A stretch of 64,000 bases of DNA from Colwellia sp. (lineage in GTDB: Bacteria; Pseudomonadota; Gammaproteobacteria; Enterobacterales; Alteromonadaceae), in assembly GCA_013215465.1 (NCBI GenBank), contig JABSOW010000018.1:6174-70173 (forward strand), written 5' to 3'. The notes beneath the pieces are model-generated. The model was not told the DNA's origin, did no database searches, and saw nothing but the letters and a program-made list of their open reading frames with translations. The position numbers were made by a program, and so were the translations under genes. Below are positions 47,097 through 56,632 of the stretch, piece by piece; within the stretch, counting starts at the first letter, position 1; the number at the start of each line of letters is the position of its first letter.

Positions 47097-48616
47097 CCGT
47101 TAGTCACTTTTTCATTACATAAAATAATTATTTTTTTTAGCTGATTTGCTGGCATTAAGGTAAAGTCTTGCCTTACATCTCTAAATCCGTTTCTAGAACC
47201 GACTAAAGTATAATCACCAGGCCTTAGTGAAATGCTTTTCGACAAAAAACTACCCAACTCACCGACTCTATGTAAGGTAATACGTGTTTGGTTGTCAGAT
47301 TCAATTCGAAGGGAGACCGGGGTGTTCATTTGTAATAACACCTGCTCAACATTATGTATTTGCTGAGCTAACTTAACACCGGGCTGTTTAATTTGCTGAG
47401 CCTGTTGTTGCGTTAACATGGCTTGTTGGTAAACATTTTTATTCGCTAATCTTTGTGGTTTATTAATAATATAAAGTATTTTTTTCTCGAGATTTTCTCT
47501 CGCCAAAGTACGAATTCCTCCTAACCTGGCATGCATTAATGAGCCGTCTAACGTTAACGCAGCTTGGTAACTACCCTTAGCTAATAACCAATCTTCACTA
47601 CGCTCAAAATCTTGTGCTTTTTTGATGTGATCCGCTATATAAAATTGGGTTCTTTTATTTTGAGTCTGTTCAATTGCATCTTTAGCATCCGCTTTATTAG
47701 GATTAATTTTATCTGCCAAGGTAAAATTCTTTATTGCTGATTTAAATTGCTGAATTTGCAAATGTCTATAACCCGCCGACATGGCTGTGGAATAATCCCT
47801 TGTCATAATAGCTTGATTTACAATCAATAACTGTTCATTTACCCTAGGTTCGTGATTATCTAATGCGTAAGCTTGAGTAAACTTTTCTTTGGCTTTTATC
47901 AATAAAAGCTCATCCATTAACACCTCACCCGCTTTTACTAGTAATAAGACTTGGTCTAGGACAATGGCGCGATCAAATGCACTGGTCGCCATTTCATTAT
48001 TTTCACTAATGTATAATGCTACTTGTAATTTTTCTTTGGCTTTTTGGGCATTATTTGCCGCTAAGGCTTGTATTCCTTGCTCAAGATAATCACTAAAGAC
48101 ACTGTCAGCCTGAGCACTAATATCATTTAATTGCTGCAATGCTCGATTATAAGTAGTAATGGCCTGATCAAATTTTTGAGTTCGATAGAACAAATCACCC
48201 GATTCGGCAGTTTTTATTGCTTGAGCAAATTCATCTGCGTTCCACAGTTCTACATGTTTATCTTCCAGCACTTGCTGCTGTTGTAAAAGTGTTGATAAGA
48301 CTTCTTGTGCCGCTCGCCGATATTTAGTTAATTGCACTTCATGCCAAGGAGACTCATCAATCACTTTTAACGGCTCCTTAGCTAAAATAACACTAGCTTC
48401 GTTAACAACACCGGCCTTATCTACTGACTGAGGTAACCAGAAAATAACAAAATATAAAGTTGCACAAAGGGCGATTAATAAAAGCACGATAAAAACATTA
48501 CCCGAAAACCAATGAAAAATTGCTTTTTGGGGTAAGAATGACTTATCTTCAAAGTTAAATGAAATCGACTCTGATTTTACTGATTCACTTTTATCATTAT
48601 CTTGCTTCATTAACAT
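47093..48616 (-). CDS. Membrane-anchored TPR-repeat protein with C-terminal PEGA-like module
   Basis: 507 aa: a TM helix (VFIVLLLIALCATLYFVIFW), TPR-like helical repeats, and a C-terminal LRPGDYTLVGSRNGFRD. Overlaps the next gene by 4 nt (ATGA). Confidence 0.7.
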   Translation of the reverse strand: MLMKQDNDKSESVKSESISFNFEDKSFLPQKAIFHWFSGNVFIVLLLIALCATLYFVIFWLPQSVDKAGVVNEASVILAKEPLKVIDESPWHEVQLTKYRRAAQEVLSTLLQQQQVLEDKHVELWNADEFAQAIKTAESGDLFYRTQKFDQAITTYNRALQQLNDISAQADSVFSDYLEQGIQALAANNAQKAKEKLQVALYISENNEMATSAFDRAIVLDQVLLLVKAGEVLMDELLLIKAKEKFTQAYALDNHEPRVNEQLLIVNQAIMTRDYSTAMSAGYRHLQIQQFKSAIKNFTLADKINPNKADAKDAIEQTQNKRTQFYIADHIKKAQDFERSEDWLLAKGSYQAALTLDGSLMHARLGGIRTLARENLEKKILYIINKPQRLANKNVYQQAMLTQQQAQQIKQPGVKLAQQIHNVEQVLLQMNTPVSLRIESDNQTRITLHRVGELGSFLSKSISLRPGDYTLVGSRNGFRDVRQDFTLMPANQLKKIIILCNEKVTNG

Positions 48617-48711
48617 CTCCGCTTTAAAAGAGTTCTGTGCAACTGTTCATTACTAAAAGCTTTAACATCCCTAGTCAATTTATAGACTATATATGGGTAT
48701 AAACCATAGAT

Positions 48712-49917
48712 TTAATGACTTTCATTCAAGGTTACACCTTGATTTATCTTATAAATGTTTTGTAATATCTCACGCCACTGTTGATACTGATTGTCAACGG
48801 TACCAGAGAGTGTGACGGTTCGATCTTCAAGTTCAACCACGTTATTTTCAATGCTAGCTTCTAATGAATCACCTAACTCTTGTAATACTTCGATATGTAT
48901 TTGTGATTCAGCATCACGTTCATAGCCATCTTTTAATATATAGGCACCCGCTGTAACGCCAACAATACCTGCGGCTCTTACCGAGCCACTGCCATTTCCA
49001 GCCCCTATTATTCCGGCAATAATAGCGACGGCACCGAATATTTTTTGATTCATTGCTTTACTCTCCATTGTTCGCATTGCAAGCACTTCACCATAACTTT
49101 CACGGCGCCATTGTAAGTATGGTGGCTCCATTTGTTTGGCATATCTGCTGTAATATTCTTGCAAAGTATCAACAAATAGATAATCACGCTCTCGAACCTG
49201 CCGGATTCGGGCCATCATAGGATCACCTTCAGCGGGCAAACGATTAATAGAATAAATGCCCGAATTATCTGTTGTCAGGTGCTCCAAAAACATTTGCGGC
49301 GCAAATGATTGAGCAAATTTTAATTCAGCAACCTGGCGGATTTTTATTAACTCGTTAGCAGATAATTTTTTTCTATAGACATTTAAATCATTAGCAATTA
49401 GGTTATACATATTTTGAAATGGTTCTTTACTCACTTTAAGCTTTTTATCATATGAATACCGGCTAGCTTTTTGATCATATTGTTTGGAAAACCAAATTTT
49501 ACCAAGAGAATCAATAGCTTCTATATTTATGCTCAAAACTTCACCATCAGACTTTACAATATTCCCCTTAATCAAGACATCAACAGAATCATGTTTTCTC
49601 GGCACTACTCGTACCGCTCCCCAGGCAGCACTATTTTGCAAAGACTCCATTAATAAATGAGGAAAATAGTTGGCTTCCGCTATTCTAATTTCGGGAAAGA
49701 CTATTTCATCTTCATCGAGTTCATCTAATCTTTCCAGTCCAGGCTGAAATATTCTAATACCAACGTCTAATAATTCAGATTCGGGGATATCGTCCAATTC
49801 ATGCGTGACAGGCACAACTTTTGTGGTCTTTATATCGACGGAGCTACATGCAGTCATTGTCATAGAAATTACTGTCATCAGTAGCACCAATAAATAAAAT
49901 TTGAATTTCTTCATCAT
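48712..49917 (-). CDS. Hypothetical lipoprotein with C-terminal glycine-zipper segment
   Basis: 401 aa with a lipobox MTACS and the Gly-rich hydrophobic stretch AIIAGIIGAGNGSGSVRAAGIVGVTAGAYIL. Confidence 0.65.
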   Translation of the reverse strand: MMKKFKFYLLVLLMTVISMTMTACSSVDIKTTKVVPVTHELDDIPESELLDVGIRIFQPGLERLDELDEDEIVFPEIRIAEANYFPHLLMESLQNSAAWGAVRVVPRKHDSVDVLIKGNIVKSDGEVLSINIEAIDSLGKIWFSKQYDQKASRYSYDKKLKVSKEPFQNMYNLIANDLNVYRKKLSANELIKIRQVAELKFAQSFAPQMFLEHLTTDNSGIYSINRLPAEGDPMMARIRQVRERDYLFVDTLQEYYSRYAKQMEPPYLQWRRESYGEVLAMRTMESKAMNQKIFGAVAIIAGIIGAGNGSGSVRAAGIVGVTAGAYILKDGYERDAESQIHIEVLQELGDSLEASIENNVVELEDRTVTLSGTVDNQYQQWREILQNIYKINQGVTLNESH

Positions 49918-49938
49918 TGATTTTTACCTTATCTGTAT

Positions 49939-50997
49939 TTAATTATTGGCTTTCTTATATTTACGGTACTCTTGCCATAACTTTTCACGTAACACAGGAT
50001 CTGCTTCATTAAGCGCAGCTTCTCTTATTTGCCGAGCAACAACATCGTCATCATTACCGCTGGAAATATCTGCAGGAGGAGCATAAACCGTTTGTTTATG
50101 CTTAAAATCACCGTCTTTATCATTGGATGATACTGTCGGCATATTTCCTACACCTGAACTTGATGAATTTCCAGGCTTGTTACTTGCTTGCTGATTAGAG
50201 CTTTCCGCCTCGCCATTGAGTACATCATCATATAGGGTGCCGACATCAGCAACTTCAACCTCTTGCTCACTACCTTCTTCATTTCCTCTATTTTGTATAT
50301 ATTCGCGCTCCGTTAAAATCATGCCATCATAATCACCCATGGACCGGTCTAGTTGTTCATCCAACTCTCCCACCCGTTCAGAACGGGTCAGAGCGACCTC
50401 TGCTTGTGATTGACCAGAAGTAGTACTGCCTGCTGATGAATCTGCACTTTGAGATGAATCATTAGCTGAACTATTATTTTGAGTATTTTGCGCTGATTTT
50501 TCACTTTGCTCAGCTTGAGCACTGGATGCACTATTTTCTTCTTCTGAAAAATCTATTTCATCACTAGGGTTGGTTGAGCTTTCGCCACTGATACTTTCTA
50601 AATTTTCATGTTTTTCATCACCATCACCACCATTTTGTTGATTTTTGGCCTCCGTGTACTGCTCTTCTCCTTCTCTCCCCTCTCCTTGTTGGTTTGATGG
50701 CAGACTGCTCCCCTTATCACTTGATTTACTTGTAGACTGTTGACTTGAAGATTGTCGGTTTTTGGCGGTTTTTCCTGATGTTGATGATGCTTTTGACCTA
50801 TCTTTTCGGGCTGATTGACTAGCACTACTTGGTTGAGAACGACTAGAAGAACTGCTAGCGGTACTTGCGCTCGCAGGTTTTGAACTTTTAGCCGCCGGAG
50901 GCTGTTGAGGTGGTTGCGGACTTTGCTGAGTTGTTTTACAACCAACTACACATATTGCTAACGCCGTAATCATCACTAAGATATATTTTGTATTCAT
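49939..50997 (-). CDS. Low-complexity Ser/Gln/Glu-rich lipoprotein
   Basis: I chose the start MNTKYIL (50997). Has a lipobox VVGCK, about 250 aa of S/Q/E/N-rich disordered sequence, and a short conserved-looking helical C-terminus. Confidence 0.65.
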   Translation of the reverse strand: MNTKYILVMITALAICVVGCKTTQQSPQPPQQPPAAKSSKPASASTASSSSSRSQPSSASQSARKDRSKASSTSGKTAKNRQSSSQQSTSKSSDKGSSLPSNQQGEGREGEEQYTEAKNQQNGGDGDEKHENLESISGESSTNPSDEIDFSEEENSASSAQAEQSEKSAQNTQNNSSANDSSQSADSSAGSTTSGQSQAEVALTRSERVGELDEQLDRSMGDYDGMILTEREYIQNRGNEEGSEQEVEVADVGTLYDDVLNGEAESSNQQASNKPGNSSSSGVGNMPTVSSNDKDGDFKHKQTVYAPPADISSGNDDDVVARQIREAALNEADPVLREKLWQEYRKYKKANN

Positions 50998-51021
50998 AAT
51001 TCCCCCCAAATGGCTTTTTAT

Positions 51022-52308
51022 TTATGGAAAAACATGGAGCTGAAATTGAGCGGTAAACATCAGACTGCCATCGGCAATGCGCGGTCTGAACCTAGCTGAT
51101 CGTAAAGATTTTAAAACTTTTGAACGCATTCCCATATTATTTTTTGGATAAGAACTTACTATTTTAAGATTTTGTACTTTGCCATAACGGGTAATGTCCA
51201 TAGATGCATGTACATATTTCACATCTTCTAAGTTACTATCATTTGGTAAGTTAGTAGTAGAATTATTATAGATATTTGGAAGATCGGGTAATACCACAGG
51301 AACATTAAATAACTCATTAAATTTATTGTTATTTTCATTATGCGTATTAGCATATGCATACGCTTGTTTATAATGACTGCTGGCTAGCTGCCTTTTACCG
51401 TACATTAAATACCAGTCAGCTAATTTAAGCATTGCCTTAGAAACATGCATATGATCTATCGGCTGTTGCTCGTTATGTACAGCTAACTCCCGTTGAATAA
51501 GCTCTACCCCAGTAGAAAAACTTTTACGTTTCATAAAACTTATTTTTCTACCAGATATACTATGCTCTTTGGCATAGCTGCCGTCTGAATTAATAGTGAC
51601 CGATTCAGCTAAAATGGTAGTTGCAACAAGGTAATTTGCCAATATCAAGCCATTTAAAGCAGGAATAACTCGAATATCAGTTTCACTGTAAGTATTACTC
51701 ATAAGTTCCAAAGCATTCTGGTAAGACCCATAAGCATTAATTAAGTCTCTTAACGGTGCAGCTGATAGCTGAACTGAATAGGACTTCAAATACCAATGCG
51801 CCTTTTCCATCTGAATTTCGAGCATCTTAATATTATCAGCAGCAAAATTTTTACTGTATAACCAACTCAAATGTGAATATCTTTTGTCCACCTTTGGCCA
51901 TTGTTTTTTTTCTTTCAAACTGGTGATTAGTTTTCGAATAATGGGAATTTGTGTCGTTGAGTACAAACCGTCATTAATACGATTTAAATGTGCTGAGCGC
52001 TTAAGAAATTTGATCGCTTCGTCATGTCGACCGTATTCTTGATAGATGCTGCCGAGATTCATTAATTCTTGTGTTAATCGGCTACCATAGGCGCCATCTT
52101 GACTTTCGATTTCTTCAATAGCAACTTGATATTTCTCGACAAAGTTAGCTAGTGTCTGGTCGTCAAATTTAGCAGATTTACTTGCTGAAGAGTTAGCAGT
52201 CGATAAAGATGTTGTTACCTTAGTTACCGCTACAGAAGTAAACGAAAAGCTATATTTAGTTACTAAAATTAATAAGGTAAATAATAAAACTTTTAAAAAT
52301 AATCTCAT
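51022..52308 (-). CDS. Secreted TPR-like protein with TonB_C-like C-terminal domain (first gene of operon)
   Basis: 428 aa with a signal peptide and TPR-like repeats (NLGSIYQEYGRHDEAIKFLKRS). The C-terminal ~80 aa (GKVQNLKIVSSYP...LKSLRSARFRPRIADG) resembles the TonB C-terminal fold. Confidence 0.6.
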   Translation of the reverse strand: MRLFLKVLLFTLLILVTKYSFSFTSVAVTKVTTSLSTANSSASKSAKFDDQTLANFVEKYQVAIEEIESQDGAYGSRLTQELMNLGSIYQEYGRHDEAIKFLKRSAHLNRINDGLYSTTQIPIIRKLITSLKEKKQWPKVDKRYSHLSWLYSKNFAADNIKMLEIQMEKAHWYLKSYSVQLSAAPLRDLINAYGSYQNALELMSNTYSETDIRVIPALNGLILANYLVATTILAESVTINSDGSYAKEHSISGRKISFMKRKSFSTGVELIQRELAVHNEQQPIDHMHVSKAMLKLADWYLMYGKRQLASSHYKQAYAYANTHNENNNKFNELFNVPVVLPDLPNIYNNSTTNLPNDSNLEDVKYVHASMDITRYGKVQNLKIVSSYPKNNMGMRSKVLKSLRSARFRPRIADGSLMFTAQFQLHVFP

Positions 52309-52636
52309 AATTTATCCTCAGAAATATTCTAAACCACAGCAATTGATCTTCCATATCAGAAGAAAAACCGCATCGTAATTGTAAGACTATTATTTCCTTG
52401 GAGAATACTTGTTCAAAAATTTTTATTATTTGGGTGACTAATATAGAACAAATTTATTACTTAACAATAACTGTATAAATTTCACTATGTTCGTACGTAA
52501 ATCGGTCACTCGGTGATTTAAAGTATAGATGCGATTAAATTGATGTAAAGGATTCAATGTTAAAAATTGGCGGTGTTGTAGTTTAGTATGAGTAAAAGAA
52601 GGCTCTTTTGTCTGTGTTTAATCTGAGTGTTTTTGT

Positions 52637-53045
52637 TATACCAATGCCGAAAATTATGTGAACTTTTTTGTCCCTTTCCGTTACAATACCCTCCTAAATA
52701 TAATTATATAAAGCTCCTATAGTGAAAGAAAATCACCGCCCCCTATACAAACAACGCCAGATTAAAAGAGCGCTATAAAGTCATTGTAAAATTCTTTGAA
52801 TTAGATTCACGAGTTAAAACAGCGAAAAAATTATTAACAATGTTAGCCTGATTAAATTACCTCCCTACTCGCCAAAATGAATTAGCTAATCAAGCATTCA
52901 ATGGCTACGAAGACATAGTTCAGCAAGTAAGTGATGCATGGAATATCTTTGGGAAGATATCACGAGAGTGAAATCAATATGCACCAGAAGTTGGGCTAAG
53001 TTCACATGATCACCAATTTAATGTGATTGGTATTATCTTCCATAA
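52637..53045 (+). mobile_element. IS630-family deletion derivative (non-autonomous remnant)
   Basis: The ends TATACCAATG... and ...GATTGGTATTA form imperfect inverted repeats, with ATGTGAAC/GTTCACAT subterminal. Internal frames carry transposase C-terminal relics (LIKLPPYSPK, FNGYEDIVQQVSDAWN, ...RSWA) broken by stops. Confidence 0.5.
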
Positions 53046-53077
53046 ATCTAAACTAACTCAAATAATTTTCAATGTAG

Positions 53078-53470
53078 TCAGTACGAAAGTTCCAGTGTCA
53101 ACCAATCATATGCTCGTTGCCAACCCATCTCATAACCAGAAAATGATTTTAAATTCAAGCTATCGTTAGAACGCCTGTCTTTAATATCTTGACTGGATTG
53201 TGTGCCGTCAGGAGAATAATTAACTGAAGCTATCGCTTTCATGGATTCAATTGAACCCATGATTAGCTTTGCTTCTAAAGTATAAGAATACGTATTAACT
53301 TTATTAACCAAAACACCAAAATCCCCATTAAATATAGTGCATAAGAAATCATCATGCTCTTCAACCATTTCTATCGTCACTACGATATTATTATCAATTA
53401 TTACTTCAGCAATATTATCAGTAAGTATATTGATATTACAAAAGCTCAATCGGTATTTTTTTATAGTCAT
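53078..53470 (-). CDS. Hypothetical protein
   Basis: 130-aa ORF. I recognise no motif. Confidence 0.45.
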   Translation of the reverse strand: MTIKKYRLSFCNINILTDNIAEVIIDNNIVVTIEMVEEHDDFLCTIFNGDFGVLVNKVNTYSYTLEAKLIMGSIESMKAIASVNYSPDGTQSSQDIKDRRSNDSLNLKSFSGYEMGWQRAYDWLTLELSY

Positions 53471-53693
53471 TTTAACCTTACCTTTACGGGTCTATTGTTA
53501 TAACAATCAAATACTAAGGATACTACTATTACCTGTATGGTAGCTATAATCAATACAAAACGTATTGAAATAAACCGCTCCATTGCCATAAGTTAACATG
53601 GCAACTGCTTACATTAGCGCTATAATCAATTAACGGAGAGACAATCAGCATAGGTTGTACCATTTACTTTATCGTTAGATACAAACTTATTAA

Positions 53694-54047
53694 TTGATTG
53701 TTAAATCAGGAAAAAAGTGCGGTTGTATTTGCCCTAGTTGCAATATCTCTCTTATGGCAAGGAAGGGGGATATCAATGAATGGCACTTTACTCATGACAG
53801 TCAATTTATAGAAAAAGATCAAGAATTAAGTTGTGATTTTTCCTGGGCTGTTACCGTAAAAATGATGATTAAACAAATACTCCTTGAAGGCTCTATCTTA
53901 GCATTACCTGAGTATTTCATTGATTTTCAAGGGGTTGGCTACCAGCAAAACAAAAGAAAAATCAAAGTGACGGAACACTCAACTATTCACTATAGTAAGC
54001 CAGAAGAACCAAGTAATATTAGTAATTGTTTAACGCTAAGTACATGA
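53694..54047 (+). CDS. Hypothetical zinc-ribbon protein, possibly a truncated CoiA-like fragment
   Basis: 117 aa with a TTG start. CGCICPSCN...G.INEWHFTH resembles the N-terminal part of CoiA-like proteins, which are much longer. Confidence 0.35.
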   Translation: MIVKSGKKCGCICPSCNISLMARKGDINEWHFTHDSQFIEKDQELSCDFSWAVTVKMMIKQILLEGSILALPEYFIDFQGVGYQQNKRKIKVTEHSTIHYSKPEEPSNISNCLTLST

Positions 54048-54090
54048 AATTAGTTTTTGTCCGACTAACCTAACTTCATGTACTTTATTA

Positions 54091-55503
54091 TTAGTTATTA
54101 GTTATTTTCTTGCCGTTCATACGTGTTTTAGCATTAGCAGCCATATATGAAAATACCGCATAAGTTGCCACATTCTGACGTAGTTTTTCTGGGTCTATTT
54201 TGTCAAGTGTATCATCAGCGGTGTGGTGGTAATCAAAATAATCAGTACCATCTTGTGCTAACTCAAATGCTGGGATGTTAAATGGACGAAATGGAATTAA
54301 GTCTGGCCCACCACGCGCTTCATTTCTACCAACATATTCTACATTCAATGATTGCATCATTGCGGCAATATCTCGTGCCACGGGTAATGCACTTGCGTGA
54401 ACATTTGACTCAAACCCCCAAATTTTGTCAGCGCCAAAGTCTGATTCTGCTGCTGCAACAATATTAGACAGGCTATTTTTATGCTTTTTCACATAAGCTT
54501 TTGCGCCCCATAAACCAAACTCTTCTGCGGCAAAAAGCACTACGCGAATACTGCGTTTAGGCGTATTTTTCGCTGCTAACTTTGCTGCAGCCATTGTAAT
54601 AGCAACACCCGCGCCGTTATCTAATGCACCTGTGCCTAAATCCCATGAGTCTAAATGTCCAGCAATAAGTACATATTCTTCTGGAAATTCACTGCCGGTA
54701 AACTCACCTATTACATTATATGAAGTGCCCTCACCCATTGATTTTGCTTGCACATTAATATTAATAGTAACCGGCTCGCCAAGCGCAAGCAGACGATGAA
54801 GTTGATCAGCATCGGCATTTGAAATAGCTGATGAGACTATTTTGGTCACTCCTTCTTTATAACTGCTGCCCCCTGTATGAGCAAAGCGGTGATGTGCGGT
54901 ACTCACAGAGCGCATTACATAACCTACCGCACCTTTTTGTGCGGCTACCACTGCGCCACGCCTACGAGCTTGTACTGCTGGCCCGTAACCATTACCATCG
55001 CGATCCCGATTCATGCGGTAATTGATGAAGACAATTTTCCCGTTTGCTGCGTCTATTGGTGCATTTTCTAATTCAGCTAATGTTTCAAATTCAATAACTT
55101 GTGCTTGTATACCTGCTTTTGGCGTACTGATGCTATTACCGAATGCCGTTATATGTAATTTTTGCGGCGCAGGGCTAATAACCGCTGCTGACTCAGAGTA
55201 GCGTATCCACCTAGGGAATGTTGCCGGCTCGGTCCATACTTTATCAAAACCTAAGGCGTTAAGCTTTTTTACCGCCCAGGCTACACCTGCTTTATCTCCA
55301 GGGGTTCCTGGCATTCTTGGGCCAACTTCTGTGGTTAGCGATTCAACCAAATTCCACGCTAAGTCACTTTTTAGCGCTTGTTGTTTTAGTTGTTCAACTT
55401 GGTTAAGCTGCTCTGTAGAGAAGTTGTCAGATTTTGCTTCTGCTCTAGCGAAGCTCAAACTAAGTGCCGCCACCAGCAACACTGATATAAATTGATTTTT
55501 CAT
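54091..55503 (-). CDS. M28-family aminopeptidase with PA domain
   Basis: 470 aa with a signal peptide and metal ligand blocks GHLDSWDLGTGALDNGAG and AAEEFGLWG. Confidence 0.85.
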   Translation of the reverse strand: MKNQFISVLLVAALSLSFARAEAKSDNFSTEQLNQVEQLKQQALKSDLAWNLVESLTTEVGPRMPGTPGDKAGVAWAVKKLNALGFDKVWTEPATFPRWIRYSESAAVISPAPQKLHITAFGNSISTPKAGIQAQVIEFETLAELENAPIDAANGKIVFINYRMNRDRDGNGYGPAVQARRRGAVVAAQKGAVGYVMRSVSTAHHRFAHTGGSSYKEGVTKIVSSAISNADADQLHRLLALGEPVTININVQAKSMGEGTSYNVIGEFTGSEFPEEYVLIAGHLDSWDLGTGALDNGAGVAITMAAAKLAAKNTPKRSIRVVLFAAEEFGLWGAKAYVKKHKNSLSNIVAAAESDFGADKIWGFESNVHASALPVARDIAAMMQSLNVEYVGRNEARGGPDLIPFRPFNIPAFELAQDGTDYFDYHHTADDTLDKIDPEKLRQNVATYAVFSYMAANAKTRMNGKKITNN

Positions 55504-56018
55504 AAAGTACCTTTACTAAATAAATACGTTGTTAATATTATTTTCTAGAATTAACGACTGATATCACCATAATTGAAGGTATGGTAATAGAAGTTATTGT
55601 AACGTGAATAATATGCAGTAAATAGCTTAAAGAGGATGTTAAGGCAGGATTATTCCAAGGAATATAGTAAGTAAAACGCAAAGAAACCTATACAATACAA
55701 CTATCAATAAAAGTTACTTACAACCCTTTAAAGGGTGATTAACTACTAAAACCATTGTTTCAGCAGTATTGCCTTTACTTAAACTTAGTTGCCTAAACGG
55801 TTATATTATGGTAACTCGTAACCTAGCAATTTAGCGCTAGCGCATAGCTGTCAGTACCTGTACCGATATCTAATGCAGTTTCAGCTCATTTAAAGTCAAT
55901 TATTTTAATCCATGAGTTATGCACATTTTCAAGTGTAATAAATTGACATTGAGAGAACAAAAGTGCTCAATCAGTTTGGTTTATCCCCCTTCACAAAGAA
56001 GGGGTTGAGGAAGTTACA

Positions 56019-56378
56019 TTAATGAGAATGACCGTGGCCATTATTAAATGAACGATCATTTCTGACGTCTTTGATTTTTCCTTTTTTGCTTATGTTGAAA
56101 TAGAATGTTTCTTTGGTTGTGGTATTTAATGCTTTTACTATGTAATTGGCATCACCCTTTTCAATTATTTTAAATTGTTCTTTAGTCACATCACCCCATG
56201 ACTTATCAATTTTCCCTACTGACATGCCATGATCTTTGAAAGAGAGCATTTTGGCTGAGGTTTGCGCTATCGTTATCACTTTTTCAGTAGTTACTTTGCC
56301 ATGTCCATCAACATGAGCAAAGACAGATGCTGAAATAGCTAGAGTCGAAATTAGGACTATTTTCTTTAACATATTCAT
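56019..56378 (-). CDS. Periplasmic His-rich small protein (putative metal-binding)
   Basis: 119 aa with a signal peptide. The mature N-terminus is HVDGHGK and the C-terminus is NNGHGHSH. Confidence 0.65.
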   Translation of the reverse strand: MNMLKKIVLISTLAISASVFAHVDGHGKVTTEKVITIAQTSAKMLSFKDHGMSVGKIDKSWGDVTKEQFKIIEKGDANYIVKALNTTTKETFYFNISKKGKIKDVRNDRSFNNGHGHSH

Positions 56379-56465
56379 ATTTTTACCTTACTTTTAATTG
56401 AGTGTTTAATTAATAGCTTTATCCTGAATCTTATTTGCTACTCAATTGGACGTTTAATTGAGAGT

Positions 56466-56632
56466 TATACCAGTTTCATTAATTAGGTCATCTATTTTAT
56501 ACGTAGGAAAAACGGCCAAATACAAGGCATTTATTTTAATAACTAGTTGTTCTAATTATTGAATAAATAACGAAGTAGTTGGTGGTTTTAACAAGTAGAA
56601 ATGATCACATACTTAGTGAGATTGGTATTACT
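56466..56632 (+). mobile_element. MITE-like element, copy 2
   Basis: The left end TATACCAGTTTCATTAA matches the reverse complement of the right end, AATACCAATCTCACTAA, at 13 of 17 positions. The body is near-identical to copy 1. Confidence 0.55.

Noticed and set aside
38874-52308. Interpretation of the 12-gene operon as a Bat/aerotolerance (MoxR-DUF58-BatA-E), TonB2/Ttp or Zorya locus.
   Set aside because: There is no MoxR ATPase or DUF58. There is no ExbD- or TonB-type partner with canonical domains, and no ZorC/ZorD-like or long-tailed ZorA-like gene. The resemblance is limited to shared VWA, TPR and MotA-family domains, so I report it as unassigned. This should still be tested by profile search.
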